Source: Synechococcus sp.
GTDB taxonomy: Bacteria; Cyanobacteriota; Cyanobacteriia; PCC-6307; Cyanobiaceae
DNA length: 64,000 bases
Reading direction: 5' to 3'
NCBI GenBank assembly: GCA_047284725.1
Contig: JBJBEO010000001.1
Location: 448,001-512,000 of the forward strand
The notes below the pieces were generated by a model that had not been told where the DNA came from, made no database searches, and saw only the letters and a program-made list of their open reading frames with translations. Every line of letters starts with the position of its first letter. The first letter of the stretch is position 1. Below, in pieces: positions 17,493 through 26,302 of the stretch. Made by a program: the position numbers and the translations under genes.

Positions 17493-18697
17493 TGGCCTCT
17501 GGTCTACCAACGCGCCGTTTTGGACGGACCGAGTTGCCAATCCCTGTGTTGTCTCTGGGTGGCATGCGTTTTCAGCAGAGCTGGAGCGACCTCCCAGCAG
17601 AGGCCATCACTCAGGCATCACAGCAGACGGTGAAATCCACCCTGGAACGGGCTGTGACCTGTGGTCTTCACCATGTCGAGACCGCCCGCCATTACGGCAG
17701 TTCCGAGCGGCAGATCGGCTGGGCTTTGCCAACGGCGCGAGACCCTCAGCGCATCCTGCAGACCAAGGTTCCGCCTCGAGACGATCCAGCCGCCTTTGAG
17801 CAGGAACTGGAGATGAGCGTTGCACGACTGGGGGTGCAACGGCTCGATCTTCTCGCCATTCATGGCATCAACCTGCCGGAGCATCTGGATTGGACGGTGC
17901 GTCCCGGAGGATGCATGGAGGTGGTGCGCCGCTGGCAGCGCCAGAACCGCATCGGTCATGTCGGTTTTTCAACCCACGGTCCGACTGACTTGATCCTCGA
18001 TGCGATTGCCACCGATGCTTTTGATTACATCAATTTGCACTGGTATTACATCCGCCAGGACAACGACCCAGCCCTGACAGCAGCGTCGCGCCATGACATG
18101 GGGGTGTTCATCATCAGTCCAACCGATAAGGGGGGGCATCTGCACACTCCCTCAGAGCGACTCCTGGAACTGTGCGCTCCTCTGCATCCGATTGTCTTCA
18201 ACGATCTCTTCTGTCTCAGCGATTCCAGGGTTCATACCATCAGCGTTGGCGCAGCCAAGCCTGAAGACCTCGACCTGCACCTTGAGGCTGTGTCGCTGCT
18301 GAACCAAGGTCCGGTTCTGATCGCTCCGATCATGGGACGCCTTGATGCGGCCCGTCGCGCTGTTCTAGGGGATGCCTGGTGTGATAGCTGGCAGCAGGGT
18401 CTACCCCGCTGGGACCAGACTCCAGGCCACATCAATCTGCCCTTGCTGCTCTGGTTGCACGGCCTGGTGGAAGCTTGGGGAATGGAGGGGTATGCCAGGG
18501 CGCGTTACGGCCTGCTCGGGCAGGCATCCCACTGGTTCCCTGGCGCCAATGCCGATGGGCTGGACGGCGCGGTGAGTGAAGCCAGCCTCATGCAGGCGCT
18601 TGAGGCGAGCCCTTGGGCTGAGCAGATCCCCGATCTGCTGCGTCATTTGCGTGCGCGGGTCGGAGGAGCGGTGCAGCATCGCCTATCCAGCCCCTGA
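17492..18697 (+). CDS. Aldo/keto reductase family oxidoreductase
   Basis: RRFGRTELPIPVLSLGGMRF, HVETARHYGSSE, LDLLAIHG, HVGFSTHG. Confidence 0.9.
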   Translation: MASGLPTRRFGRTELPIPVLSLGGMRFQQSWSDLPAEAITQASQQTVKSTLERAVTCGLHHVETARHYGSSERQIGWALPTARDPQRILQTKVPPRDDPAAFEQELEMSVARLGVQRLDLLAIHGINLPEHLDWTVRPGGCMEVVRRWQRQNRIGHVGFSTHGPTDLILDAIATDAFDYINLHWYYIRQDNDPALTAASRHDMGVFIISPTDKGGHLHTPSERLLELCAPLHPIVFNDLFCLSDSRVHTISVGAAKPEDLDLHLEAVSLLNQGPVLIAPIMGRLDAARRAVLGDAWCDSWQQGLPRWDQTPGHINLPLLLWLHGLVEAWGMEGYARARYGLLGQASHWFPGANADGLDGAVSEASLMQALEASPWAEQIPDLLRHLRARVGGAVQHRLSSP

Positions 18698-18714
18698 GAG
18701 CAGTCAGCCTCAAG

Positions 18715-18744
18715 GCTGCTCAAGCTGGAGCTGCTCAAGCTGGA
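18715..18744. repeat. 15-bp tandem duplication spanning the rsmG stop
   Basis: GCTGCTCAAGCTGGA occurs twice back to back (18715-18729 and 18730-18744). Confidence 0.8.
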
Positions 18745-19487
18745 TTGCTGCCGAGCGGTAGTTTTGCCGGCAGTCCGATTGCTCGGGGATACGTCTTTGG
18801 GCAGGGGCCTGATGGACGCAGCCGCAGCAGATGGCGCATGCCTTTCCCTGCAGGCAGTTCCTGCTTGTCTTGGTGACTGATCCTGGCGTTCAGAGGACGT
18901 GTGGCTTGCTCCAGGGTCTGTTGGTCATCACTGCCCCAGCGGCCCCGGTAGAGAAGGGCTTCGCCTTCGGGATTCAGCAATGGCACAAGATATTCGGCCA
19001 CCACCGGTGCTGCCGCCACCGCTCTTGCCATGGCCAGATCAAAGTGGCCACGACAGTGGGGATCACGACCGGTGAGCTCCACCCGCTCCGTGCGGATGTG
19101 GACACGATCCTTCAATCCGATGGCGTCCGCCATGGCCAGGACAGCCGCCGTTTTACGGCCGACTGAGTCGACCAGCGTGAGGGTGGCACCTGGCAAGGCG
19201 ATGGCAACGGCCAGACCGGGGAATCCTCCGCCCGTGCCGACATCGATGCAACGGCGTGCGGTCGATGCCGTCTGCAGTTCAGGCTGCAGCGGCCAGAGGC
19301 TGTCGAAGATCTGCGAGACCCAGAAGTCCTCTCCCTCCAGCAATCGTGTCAGGTTGACGCGGGTATTCCAGCGGAGCAATTCGGCCTGCAGAGCCTCGAA
19401 CTGCTGCCGTTGTTCCCCAGTGGGCATCCAACCAAGGGCATTCCAGAGGTCGGGGCCAGGAACGCTGTAGCTGGATGAAGGTGGCAT
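18735..19487 (-). CDS. rsmG: 16S rRNA m7G527 methyltransferase
   Basis: [41 protein letters not shown]. Confidence 0.95.
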   Translation of the reverse strand: MPPSSSYSVPGPDLWNALGWMPTGEQRQQFEALQAELLRWNTRVNLTRLLEGEDFWVSQIFDSLWPLQPELQTASTARRCIDVGTGGGFPGLAVAIALPGATLTLVDSVGRKTAAVLAMADAIGLKDRVHIRTERVELTGRDPHCRGHFDLAMARAVAAAPVVAEYLVPLLNPEGEALLYRGRWGSDDQQTLEQATRPLNARISHQDKQELPAGKGMRHLLRLRPSGPCPKTYPRAIGLPAKLPLGSNPA

Positions 19488-19562
19488 GGCAGCCCAGGGG
19501 GGCAGGTCTCTTTAGGATGACGCCTAGCCTTGCTTCGAGTGGCGAAAGCTGATCACCGGCGT

Positions 19563-20117
19563 TTGAGCATTTTCCCAAACCACTACGAACGACTGGGTGT
19601 GGAACCAGGGGTGGATGCCGAGTCTCTGCGCAAAGCTTTCAGGCGTCGAAGCAAAGCGCTGCATCCCGACACCACCACGCTGCCTGCGGCCGAGGCGGCA
19701 CGGCAGTTTCAGTTATTGCGTCAGTCCTACGACCAACTGCTCGATCCTCAACGAAGGGCGGCCTATGACGTCTCGCTCCAGCAACAGCGTCAGCCTGCGC
19801 CTCCCGCTGCGGTTGCTGAGGCAGGCAAGGCGTCCCCTCTGTCGGATGGATGGGGGCATGTTGGCGAGCGCCGCCCCTTGTCGGGAGGCGAGTGGTGGGC
19901 GCTGCTGCTGCTGCTCTTCGCTCTTGGCTTCTGTTTGCTGCTGGGGATCGGTGGAGCCTGGGCTCGCGGTCTGGAGTTGCAGGTGCAGCCGAGCTGGATG
20001 GTGGCGGAGCAAACTTCAGAGCAGCTCTTCACAGCCCGCAGCGATGTCTCCTCTGCCGCCAGGTCAGACCCCGCTCAACCGTCATTCCCTGCGCGCTCTC
20101 GAGGAATGGCTCACTGA
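19563..20117 (+). CDS. J-domain (DnaJ-like) membrane protein
   Basis: NHYERLGV...ALHPD...SYDQLLDPQRRAAYD plus a C-terminal TM segment. Start uncertain (TTG 19563 or 19530). Confidence 0.88.
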   Translation: MSIFPNHYERLGVEPGVDAESLRKAFRRRSKALHPDTTTLPAAEAARQFQLLRQSYDQLLDPQRRAAYDVSLQQQRQPAPPAAVAEAGKASPLSDGWGHVGERRPLSGGEWWALLLLLFALGFCLLLGIGGAWARGLELQVQPSWMVAEQTSEQLFTARSDVSSAARSDPAQPSFPARSRGMAH

Positions 20118-20310
20118 CCTGGGGGCTGAGCGTTCTGATCGCGACCCCTGTGTCTGGCGGTGGCAGCAGGAGGAGTGGTCAGCTGAGATCCGCCTGGATC
20201 AGGAGGATCTGTGGGTCACCTGGCATCACAGCGACGACACGTGTCAGCGCAGCTTCCCCTATGGATTGCCGCGGCTGGATGTGGAGGCGGCGATGCGGGC
20301 AGGTCCGTGA
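20044..20310 (+). CDS. DUF3143 family protein
   Basis: MSPLPPGQTPLNRHSLRALEEWLTDLGA...FPYGLPRLDVEAAMRAGP. Confidence 0.85.
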   Translation: MSPLPPGQTPLNRHSLRALEEWLTDLGAERSDRDPCVWRWQQEEWSAEIRLDQEDLWVTWHHSDDTCQRSFPYGLPRLDVEAAMRAGP

Positions 20311-20347
20311 GTCGGGACCAGACTGATGATGACTTGAGGCCTAGGTC

Positions 20348-20635
20348 ATGGCCATTGCGAAACCATCCACCAGGGGATCCAATCGATTCTGCGCTCCCGT
20401 CCAACGGCTCCCGCATCGTCTGACTGGTCGCCCGTATGGTGCCTGTGGCGGTGCGTTGTTTCCTGATGGAGCCTGGGCAGCCATCAAGATCCGCTTGGAG
20501 ACGTGTGGTTGGTCACCGATGCAAATCGAACTGATTCATGGTCACCTGCGTCAGGGCTGGCCCTTGACGATGGCGGCCCGTCAGGCTGCTTTGGTGACAG
20601 GACTCTGCCCGTTGCGCTCCAGGTCCTTGGGCTGA
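20348..20635 (+). CDS. Hypothetical protein (95 aa)
   Basis: ATG-started ORF filling the gap; no recognisable motif. Confidence 0.55.
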   Translation: MAIAKPSTRGSNRFCAPVQRLPHRLTGRPYGACGGALFPDGAWAAIKIRLETCGWSPMQIELIHGHLRQGWPLTMAARQAALVTGLCPLRSRSLG

Positions 20636-20693
20636 GGCGAGCTGACAATCAACCGCCATTGGTCTGCGAGGCGGGTGTCGGTTGTTCCTCAGA

Positions 20694-20849
20694 TCATTGA
20701 CAGACGGAGCTGTTGACTTCTTCTTGGGTTGCCAGCGGTCCGCAGTTGAACCAACGCACCAGGCTGATCTCAACATCGGTGAAGAGCACCAGAATTCCTC
20801 CGCAGAGCAGGATCACGGCCAGTGTTGCCCAGGTCTGTCGTCGGCTCAT
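20694..20849 (-). CDS. Small membrane protein (51 aa), last gene of the bio operon
   Basis: Not in ORF track. MSRRQTWATLAVILLCGGILVLFTDVEISLVRWFNCGPLATQEEVNSSVCQ; ATG overlaps the bioD stop (ATGA). Confidence 0.72.
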   Translation of the reverse strand: MSRRQTWATLAVILLCGGILVLFTDVEISLVRWFNCGPLATQEEVNSSVCQ

Positions 20850-21532
20850 GCGGGCGGGCTGGAGCAGCGGTGCAGTGCTTTGAACTTAGTGGCGAGGTTC
20901 TGTTGATGCCACTGCTGTTCCAAACCTGCAGCGCTGAGGGGCTCCAGTGGTGGTAATTCCGCCAGCACAGGCACCTTGCCCAGTTGTTCCAGGGTGCGGG
21001 GATTGTCGGGGTGTGGGGGGCCGTTGAGGATGAGGCCCAGGATCGTCAGCCCCCGCTGCCGCAGAGCTTCCAGGCTGAGCAAGGTGTGGTTGAGCGTTCC
21101 CAGGCCGCTCCTGGCCACCAGCACGATGGGTAGCCCCCACTGCACCAGTTGATCGATCTGCAGCCAGTTTCGGTTGAGGGGCACCAGCAGACCCCCTGCT
21201 GTCTCCACCACGAGGGGTGATGACGTAGCTGGGAGCATGAGTCTGGAGGGATCCACCTCGGTGTGCTCCTGTTCGGCTGCCCAGTGGGGTGACACCGGTG
21301 CATGGAAGGCATAGACCTCGGGAATCCAGCGCTCCTGGGGTAACTGGAGCAGCTCGATCACCCGACCGCGATCTCCCCCCTCGTCGAGTCCACTTTGAAC
21401 CGGCTTCCAATAGCTCGATCCCAATCCCTGCACCAGCAGAGCACTCACCACGGTCTTGCCCACATCGGTGTCGGTGCCGCACACCACCAGTTGCAAAGCC
21501 TGGGGGTGCATCAACGCAGGCTCGCGCTTCAT
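20846..21532 (-). CDS. bioD: Dethiobiotin synthase
   Basis: VCGTDTDVGKT, WKPVQSG, VETAGGL, LGTLNHTLL. Confidence 0.96.
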   Translation of the reverse strand: MKREPALMHPQALQLVVCGTDTDVGKTVVSALLVQGLGSSYWKPVQSGLDEGGDRGRVIELLQLPQERWIPEVYAFHAPVSPHWAAEQEHTEVDPSRLMLPATSSPLVVETAGGLLVPLNRNWLQIDQLVQWGLPIVLVARSGLGTLNHTLLSLEALRQRGLTILGLILNGPPHPDNPRTLEQLGKVPVLAELPPLEPLSAAGLEQQWHQQNLATKFKALHRCSSPPA

Positions 21533-22257
21533 GGCTCGTCACCAAGGGTCTGATCGAGCCATTGCTGCACACGCGTCAGCAGGTCTGGCACCAACAGGGC
21601 ATGGTTGCTGCCAGCCATCGACCAGCGTGTCGCCCGGTGCTGAAGGTGCACCGCCAGGTCGTCCAGCAATTGCTGTTGGGCTGCAGGCACCACGATGGCA
21701 TCGGCTTCGGCGGTGACCACCAGCACCCTGCTGTCTGCAGGCAGCCCATCGGGCAAGCTCTTGGTGGAACTCAGCAAAGTGAGGTCGGCCTTCAGCCGTT
21801 GCCTGCCTGCCGCCGATAGTCCGTCACTGACAGGGTTCGCAGGCAGGCAGCTGGCGTGGGCAGGGTGGGCTGTTCGCTGCACAAACGTGTGCAGCATCGC
21901 CGCTTCGTTTGCGGTGCCAATGCAGCGCTCCATGCCGTTCAAGGCGGTGTGGAGAGAGCGCCCGGCCCGTCCTTCGGGCACAAAACGACCGAAGCTGGCG
22001 AGGAGAACCACATCACTGGCGTTGGCCAGCACCGCTGGGTCAATCAGGTGAGGTCCGAGGGAATGGCCGATCACTACCCTGCGTTGAAGCCGGGGCGCAT
22101 CGTGGTCCGGGATCCAGGTCGGCTGCGTTGGGGGCCTAGCGCCATAGCCCCGTTCGCCGCTTTGCCATTGCCAGCCGTGGCGGTGAAAGTGGCGCTGCCA
22201 CGGAGCCCAGACGCGCCCATCACCGCTCCAGCCATGCATGGCGATCGCTTGCTTCAT
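21529..22257 (-). CDS. bioK: Alpha/beta hydrolase, BioK/BioH-type pimeloyl-ACP methyl ester esterase
   Basis: AMHGW oxyanion motif, GHSLG nucleophile elbow, catalytic Asp (ADAIV) and His (NHAL); sits between bioF and bioD. ATG 22257 preferred. Confidence 0.75.
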   Translation of the reverse strand: MKQAIAMHGWSGDGRVWAPWQRHFHRHGWQWQSGERGYGARPPTQPTWIPDHDAPRLQRRVVIGHSLGPHLIDPAVLANASDVVLLASFGRFVPEGRAGRSLHTALNGMERCIGTANEAAMLHTFVQRTAHPAHASCLPANPVSDGLSAAGRQRLKADLTLLSSTKSLPDGLPADSRVLVVTAEADAIVVPAAQQQLLDDLAVHLQHRATRWSMAGSNHALLVPDLLTRVQQWLDQTLGDEP

Positions 22258-22276
22258 CGGCGGTGAATCGGTGCTG

Positions 22277-23452
22277 TCATGACGTCGGTCTTGTTTGGGC
22301 CAGGCAGTGCAGCAACAACTCCAATGTGTCATCGGATTGTTGGCGATGCAGCACCAGCCTCAACCGGGCTGTTCCCTCCGGCACGGTGGGCGGCCGGATG
22401 GCGATGCTGAGGATGCCTTCCCGTTCCAGGTTCTGTTGCAGATCCAGCGTGCGCTGGTCGTCGCCCACCAACAGCGGCAGGATCGGTCCTCGGCCGCCGG
22501 GGCGGGGCCAGCCTGCATCAGCGATCCTGTCGCGCCAGTGTTCGGCGCGCTGCACAAGAGTGTCCCCCCACTGGGGGTTGGCCTGAATCAACTCCAGTGC
22601 GGCCAAGGCACCTGCTGCCAAGGGAGGCGCTAATGCCGTGGTGTAGCGGAAGGCCCCGCTGGTCTGCAGCAGGGTGTCGCCCCAGAAGGCATCGGTGGCG
22701 AGAAACGCACCGCCACTGCCGAAGGCCTTCCCGAAGGTGCCACTGACCATCGTGATGGTTTTGTCGATGGGCGTCTCGGGTCTTGCCACGGTTGCGGCAA
22801 GACCCCGCCCCCCCGGGCCCAGCACCCCGACGGCATGGGCTTCATCCAGCAGCAACCGAGCGTCGTGGCGCTGGCACAGTGCGCTGAGACTTTCGAGATT
22901 CGGGCTGGTGCCCTCCATGCTGAACAGGCTTTCGCTGATCACAAGCAGCGGTTGGCTTGGACGTCTGGTGCGGACGTTCTCCAGCTTGTGTTGCAGGTCG
23001 CTGAGGTCGTTATGAGCGAAACGCTTCAGCTGACCACCGCTGGTCTGGATACCCACCAGCAGGGAGTGATGAATCAGTCGATCGGCCAACACAGTGGTGT
23101 GGCGATCAGCCAGGGCGGCCACGGCAGCGAGGTTGGCCTGAAAGCCACTGGGGAACAGCAGCACGGTGTCCCATCCCAACCAGTGCCCAAGGGCTTGTTC
23201 AAGCTGCTGATGCACCGGACGGCTACCGGTCACCAAGCGGGATCCGGCCGACCCCACTCCCTGCTCCTGGATCACCGTCCAGGCGGCTTGCTGCACCACA
23301 GGATGGCGGGCCAGGTTGAGATAGTCATTGCTGGCGAGATCGGCCAGAGCCTCCGTCTCGTCCGCGTCACCTGCAGGTCGCAGCCGATCTGAGCTGCTGC
23401 CTGGCATCCACGTGCGCAGCTGGCGGCGTCGTGCAGGCGGAATGCTGACCAT
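22277..23452 (-). CDS. bioF: 8-amino-7-oxononanoate synthase
   Basis: LASNDYLNL, GSRLVTG, SGFQANL, FAHND, ESLFSMEG, LDEAHAVGVLG, GTFGKAFG, IRPPTVP. Confidence 0.96.
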   Translation of the reverse strand: MVSIPPARRRQLRTWMPGSSSDRLRPAGDADETEALADLASNDYLNLARHPVVQQAAWTVIQEQGVGSAGSRLVTGSRPVHQQLEQALGHWLGWDTVLLFPSGFQANLAAVAALADRHTTVLADRLIHHSLLVGIQTSGGQLKRFAHNDLSDLQHKLENVRTRRPSQPLLVISESLFSMEGTSPNLESLSALCQRHDARLLLDEAHAVGVLGPGGRGLAATVARPETPIDKTITMVSGTFGKAFGSGGAFLATDAFWGDTLLQTSGAFRYTTALAPPLAAGALAALELIQANPQWGDTLVQRAEHWRDRIADAGWPRPGGRGPILPLLVGDDQRTLDLQQNLEREGILSIAIRPPTVPEGTARLRLVLHRQQSDDTLELLLHCLAQTRPTS

Positions 23453-23511
23453 TCGATCACTCTGAATCAGGCGAGCCGGTCAGCGCGACTGACCTCCCTA
23501 GGATTCTCGCT

Positions 23512-26286
23512 ATGGCTGATCCCAACTCATCTGCTGCGCAGACTGCCTCCGATGGGGTCATCGACCTCGAGCAGGTGTTCCCCTTCCCGCTGGATGATTT
23601 TCAGCTCGAGGCCATCGATGCCCTCAATCAGGGCCATTCTGTTGTGGTCAGTGCGCCGACGGGGTCGGGCAAGACCTTGGTGGGTGAATACGCCATCCAC
23701 CGAGCCATTGCCCATGGCCAGAAGGTGTTCTACACCACGCCACTGAAGGCGCTGTCCAACCAAAAGCTGAGGGATTTCCGCGAGCAGTTCGGAGCCGATA
23801 ACGTTGGTTTGATGACCGGGGACCTGAGCGTCAACCGGGAGGCCCAGGTGGTCGTGATGACCACCGAGATTTTCCGCAACATGCTCTATGCGGAAGCGGA
23901 CCAGGGAGATGACCCCCTGGCTGACGTGGAGGCGGTAGTCCTCGATGAGTGCCATTACATGAATGATTCCCAGCGTGGAACCGTCTGGGAGGAATCGATC
24001 ATTCACTGCCCGCCATCGGTGCAATTGGTGGCGCTGTCGGCCACAGTCGCCAATGCTGGCCAACTGACTGATTGGATCGAGCGCGTGCACGGGCCGACTC
24101 AACTGGTGCTCAGTGATTTCCGCCCTGTCCCGCTCCAGTTCAGCTTCTGCAGTGCCAAAGGTCTTCACCCTCTTCTCAATGAAGCCGGTACCGGTCTGCA
24201 TCCCAACTGCAAAGTGTGGCGTGCCCCCAAAGGACATAAACGCAAGGGCCGTTCACCCAAGCCCCCCCAGCCCGAACCACCGCCGATCAGCTTTGTGGTG
24301 GCCCAGATGGCGGAGCGCGACATGCTCCCGGCGATTTATTTCATTTTCAGTCGCCGAGGCTGCGACAAGGCGGTGCGTGAACTCGGCGTTCAGTGTCTGG
24401 TCACAGCTGAAGAGCAGGCCCGCATTGCGGCTCGTTTGAAGGCCTATGCCGCTGTCAACCCTGAAGCGGTCCGGGATGGCCTCCATGCCGATGCCTTGCT
24501 GCGGGGAATCGCTGCCCACCATGCCGGTGTGCTGCCGGCCTGGAAGGAGCTGATCGAAGAGTTGTTCCAGCAGGGGCTTGTGAAGGTGGTCTTTGCCACC
24601 GAAACACTGGCGGCAGGCATCAATATGCCCGCCCGGAGCACGGTGATTGCGTCTCTGTCGAAGCGCACTGAGCGTGGACATCGCCCCCTGATGGCCAGTG
24701 AGTTTCTGCAGATGGCTGGTCGGGCCGGGCGTCGGGGCCTCGACTCCCAGGGTTATGTGGTCACCGTTCAGAGCCGTTTTGAGGGGGTACGCGAAGCAGG
24801 GCAGTTGGCCACCAGTCCGGCCGATCCGCTGGTGAGCCAGTTCACGCCAAGCTACGGAATGGTTCTCAACCTTCTGGCACGGCATGACCTGGCGAAAGCC
24901 CGCGAGCTGGTCGAGCGCAGTTTCGGACGCTATCTGGCCAGTCTGGATCTTGTGGAGGAGGAGGAGCTCCTCACCCAGTTGCGACTCCAGTTGGGTCAGC
25001 TCCAAGGCTCGTCTGGTGATGTTCCCTGGGAAGACTTCGAAGACTACGAAAAGCGGCGCGGCCGGTTGCGTGAGGAACGCCGCCTGTTGCGCATCCTCCA
25101 GCAGCAGGCGGAAGAAACCCTGGCCAACGAGCTGACCCTGGCATTGCAGTTCGCCAGCGTGGGAACGCTGGTGAGCCTGAAAGCCCCGCAGCTGCGGGGT
25201 GGTGTGACTCCGGCTGTGATCGTCGACAAATTGGATGGCCCAGGTCAGTTCCCGCTCTTGCTCTGCCTCACCTACGACAACGTTTGGTTGCTGTTGCCCT
25301 GCCAGGCGGTTGTGAGTCTGCATGCCGAGCTCAGTTGTCTGCAGGTGGAGGGGGTGAGCTCACCTGATCTGCGCAGGAGTGGTGAACTTCGCCACGGAGA
25401 CCAGGCCAGTGGTGGGCTGGCTCTGGCGGTGGGACAGATGGCCCAGCGCCATGACATGACCATCCCGCAGTACGACCTGGCGGGTGAAGTCCTGTCGCAG
25501 GCGCGTCTGGTGAAAGAGCTGGAGGACGACCTAGAAGGCCATCCTGCCCACCGCTGGGGTGATCGCAAACAGCTCAAAAAACATCGCCGCAGGATGGAAG
25601 AGCTGGATCTCGAGATCAGCGAGCGTCAGCAGTTGCTCCATCACCGCGCCAACCGTCATTGGGACACCTTCACGGCCCTGATCGAGATCCTTCAGCACTT
25701 CGGCTGTCTGGACGATCTGCAGCCCACTGAAATCGGCCGCACGGTGGCAGCGCTGCGGGGCGACAACGAGCTTTGGCTCGGCTTGGCACTGATGAGTGGC
25801 CACCTCGATGACCTGCCGCCGGCGGACTTGGCCGCGGCGTTTGAAGCGATCAGCACCGAGGTCAATCGTCCCGACCTTTGGAGCGGTTTCCCTCCTCCGC
25901 CCCGTGCGGAGGAGGCTCTCCATGACCTCATGGGCATTCGCCGAGAATTGCTCAGGGCTCAGGAGCGTGCCCAGGTTGTGGTGCCTGCCTGGTGGGAGCC
26001 AGAGCTGATGGGCTTGGTGGAGGCTTGGGCCAAAGGATGTGCCTGGAATGATCTGATCGCCAATACATCGCTGGATGAGGGAGACGTGGTGCGGATCATG
26101 CGCCGAACGGTGGATCTGTTGGCGCAGGTGCCCTACTGCGAAGCGATCAGCGAGCAGCTGCGCAGTCACGCGCGCCAGGCACTCAAGGCCATCAATCGCT
26201 TCCCTGTAGCCGAGGCTGATGATCTGCTCAAGGCCGCCGCAGCGGAATCGGGTGGACTGAATCCTGCCACGGAAAGGGCTGCGTAA
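23512..26286 (+). CDS. Ski2/HelY-like DEAD/DEAH-box RNA helicase
   Basis: APTGSGKT, PLKALSNQK, DECH, LSAT, ATETLAAGINMPAR, QMAGRAGRRG and a C-terminal DSHCT-like region (DEGDVVR). Confidence 0.93.
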   Translation: MADPNSSAAQTASDGVIDLEQVFPFPLDDFQLEAIDALNQGHSVVVSAPTGSGKTLVGEYAIHRAIAHGQKVFYTTPLKALSNQKLRDFREQFGADNVGLMTGDLSVNREAQVVVMTTEIFRNMLYAEADQGDDPLADVEAVVLDECHYMNDSQRGTVWEESIIHCPPSVQLVALSATVANAGQLTDWIERVHGPTQLVLSDFRPVPLQFSFCSAKGLHPLLNEAGTGLHPNCKVWRAPKGHKRKGRSPKPPQPEPPPISFVVAQMAERDMLPAIYFIFSRRGCDKAVRELGVQCLVTAEEQARIAARLKAYAAVNPEAVRDGLHADALLRGIAAHHAGVLPAWKELIEELFQQGLVKVVFATETLAAGINMPARSTVIASLSKRTERGHRPLMASEFLQMAGRAGRRGLDSQGYVVTVQSRFEGVREAGQLATSPADPLVSQFTPSYGMVLNLLARHDLAKARELVERSFGRYLASLDLVEEEELLTQLRLQLGQLQGSSGDVPWEDFEDYEKRRGRLREERRLLRILQQQAEETLANELTLALQFASVGTLVSLKAPQLRGGVTPAVIVDKLDGPGQFPLLLCLTYDNVWLLLPCQAVVSLHAELSCLQVEGVSSPDLRRSGELRHGDQASGGLALAVGQMAQRHDMTIPQYDLAGEVLSQARLVKELEDDLEGHPAHRWGDRKQLKKHRRRMEELDLEISERQQLLHHRANRHWDTFTALIEILQHFGCLDDLQPTEIGRTVAALRGDNELWLGLALMSGHLDDLPPADLAAAFEAISTEVNRPDLWSGFPPPPRAEEALHDLMGIRRELLRAQERAQVVVPAWWEPELMGLVEAWAKGCAWNDLIANTSLDEGDVVRIMRRTVDLLAQVPYCEAISEQLRSHARQALKAINRFPVAEADDLLKAAAAESGGLNPATERAA

Positions 26287-26302
26287 TCCACCTGAGCCTT
26301 GC

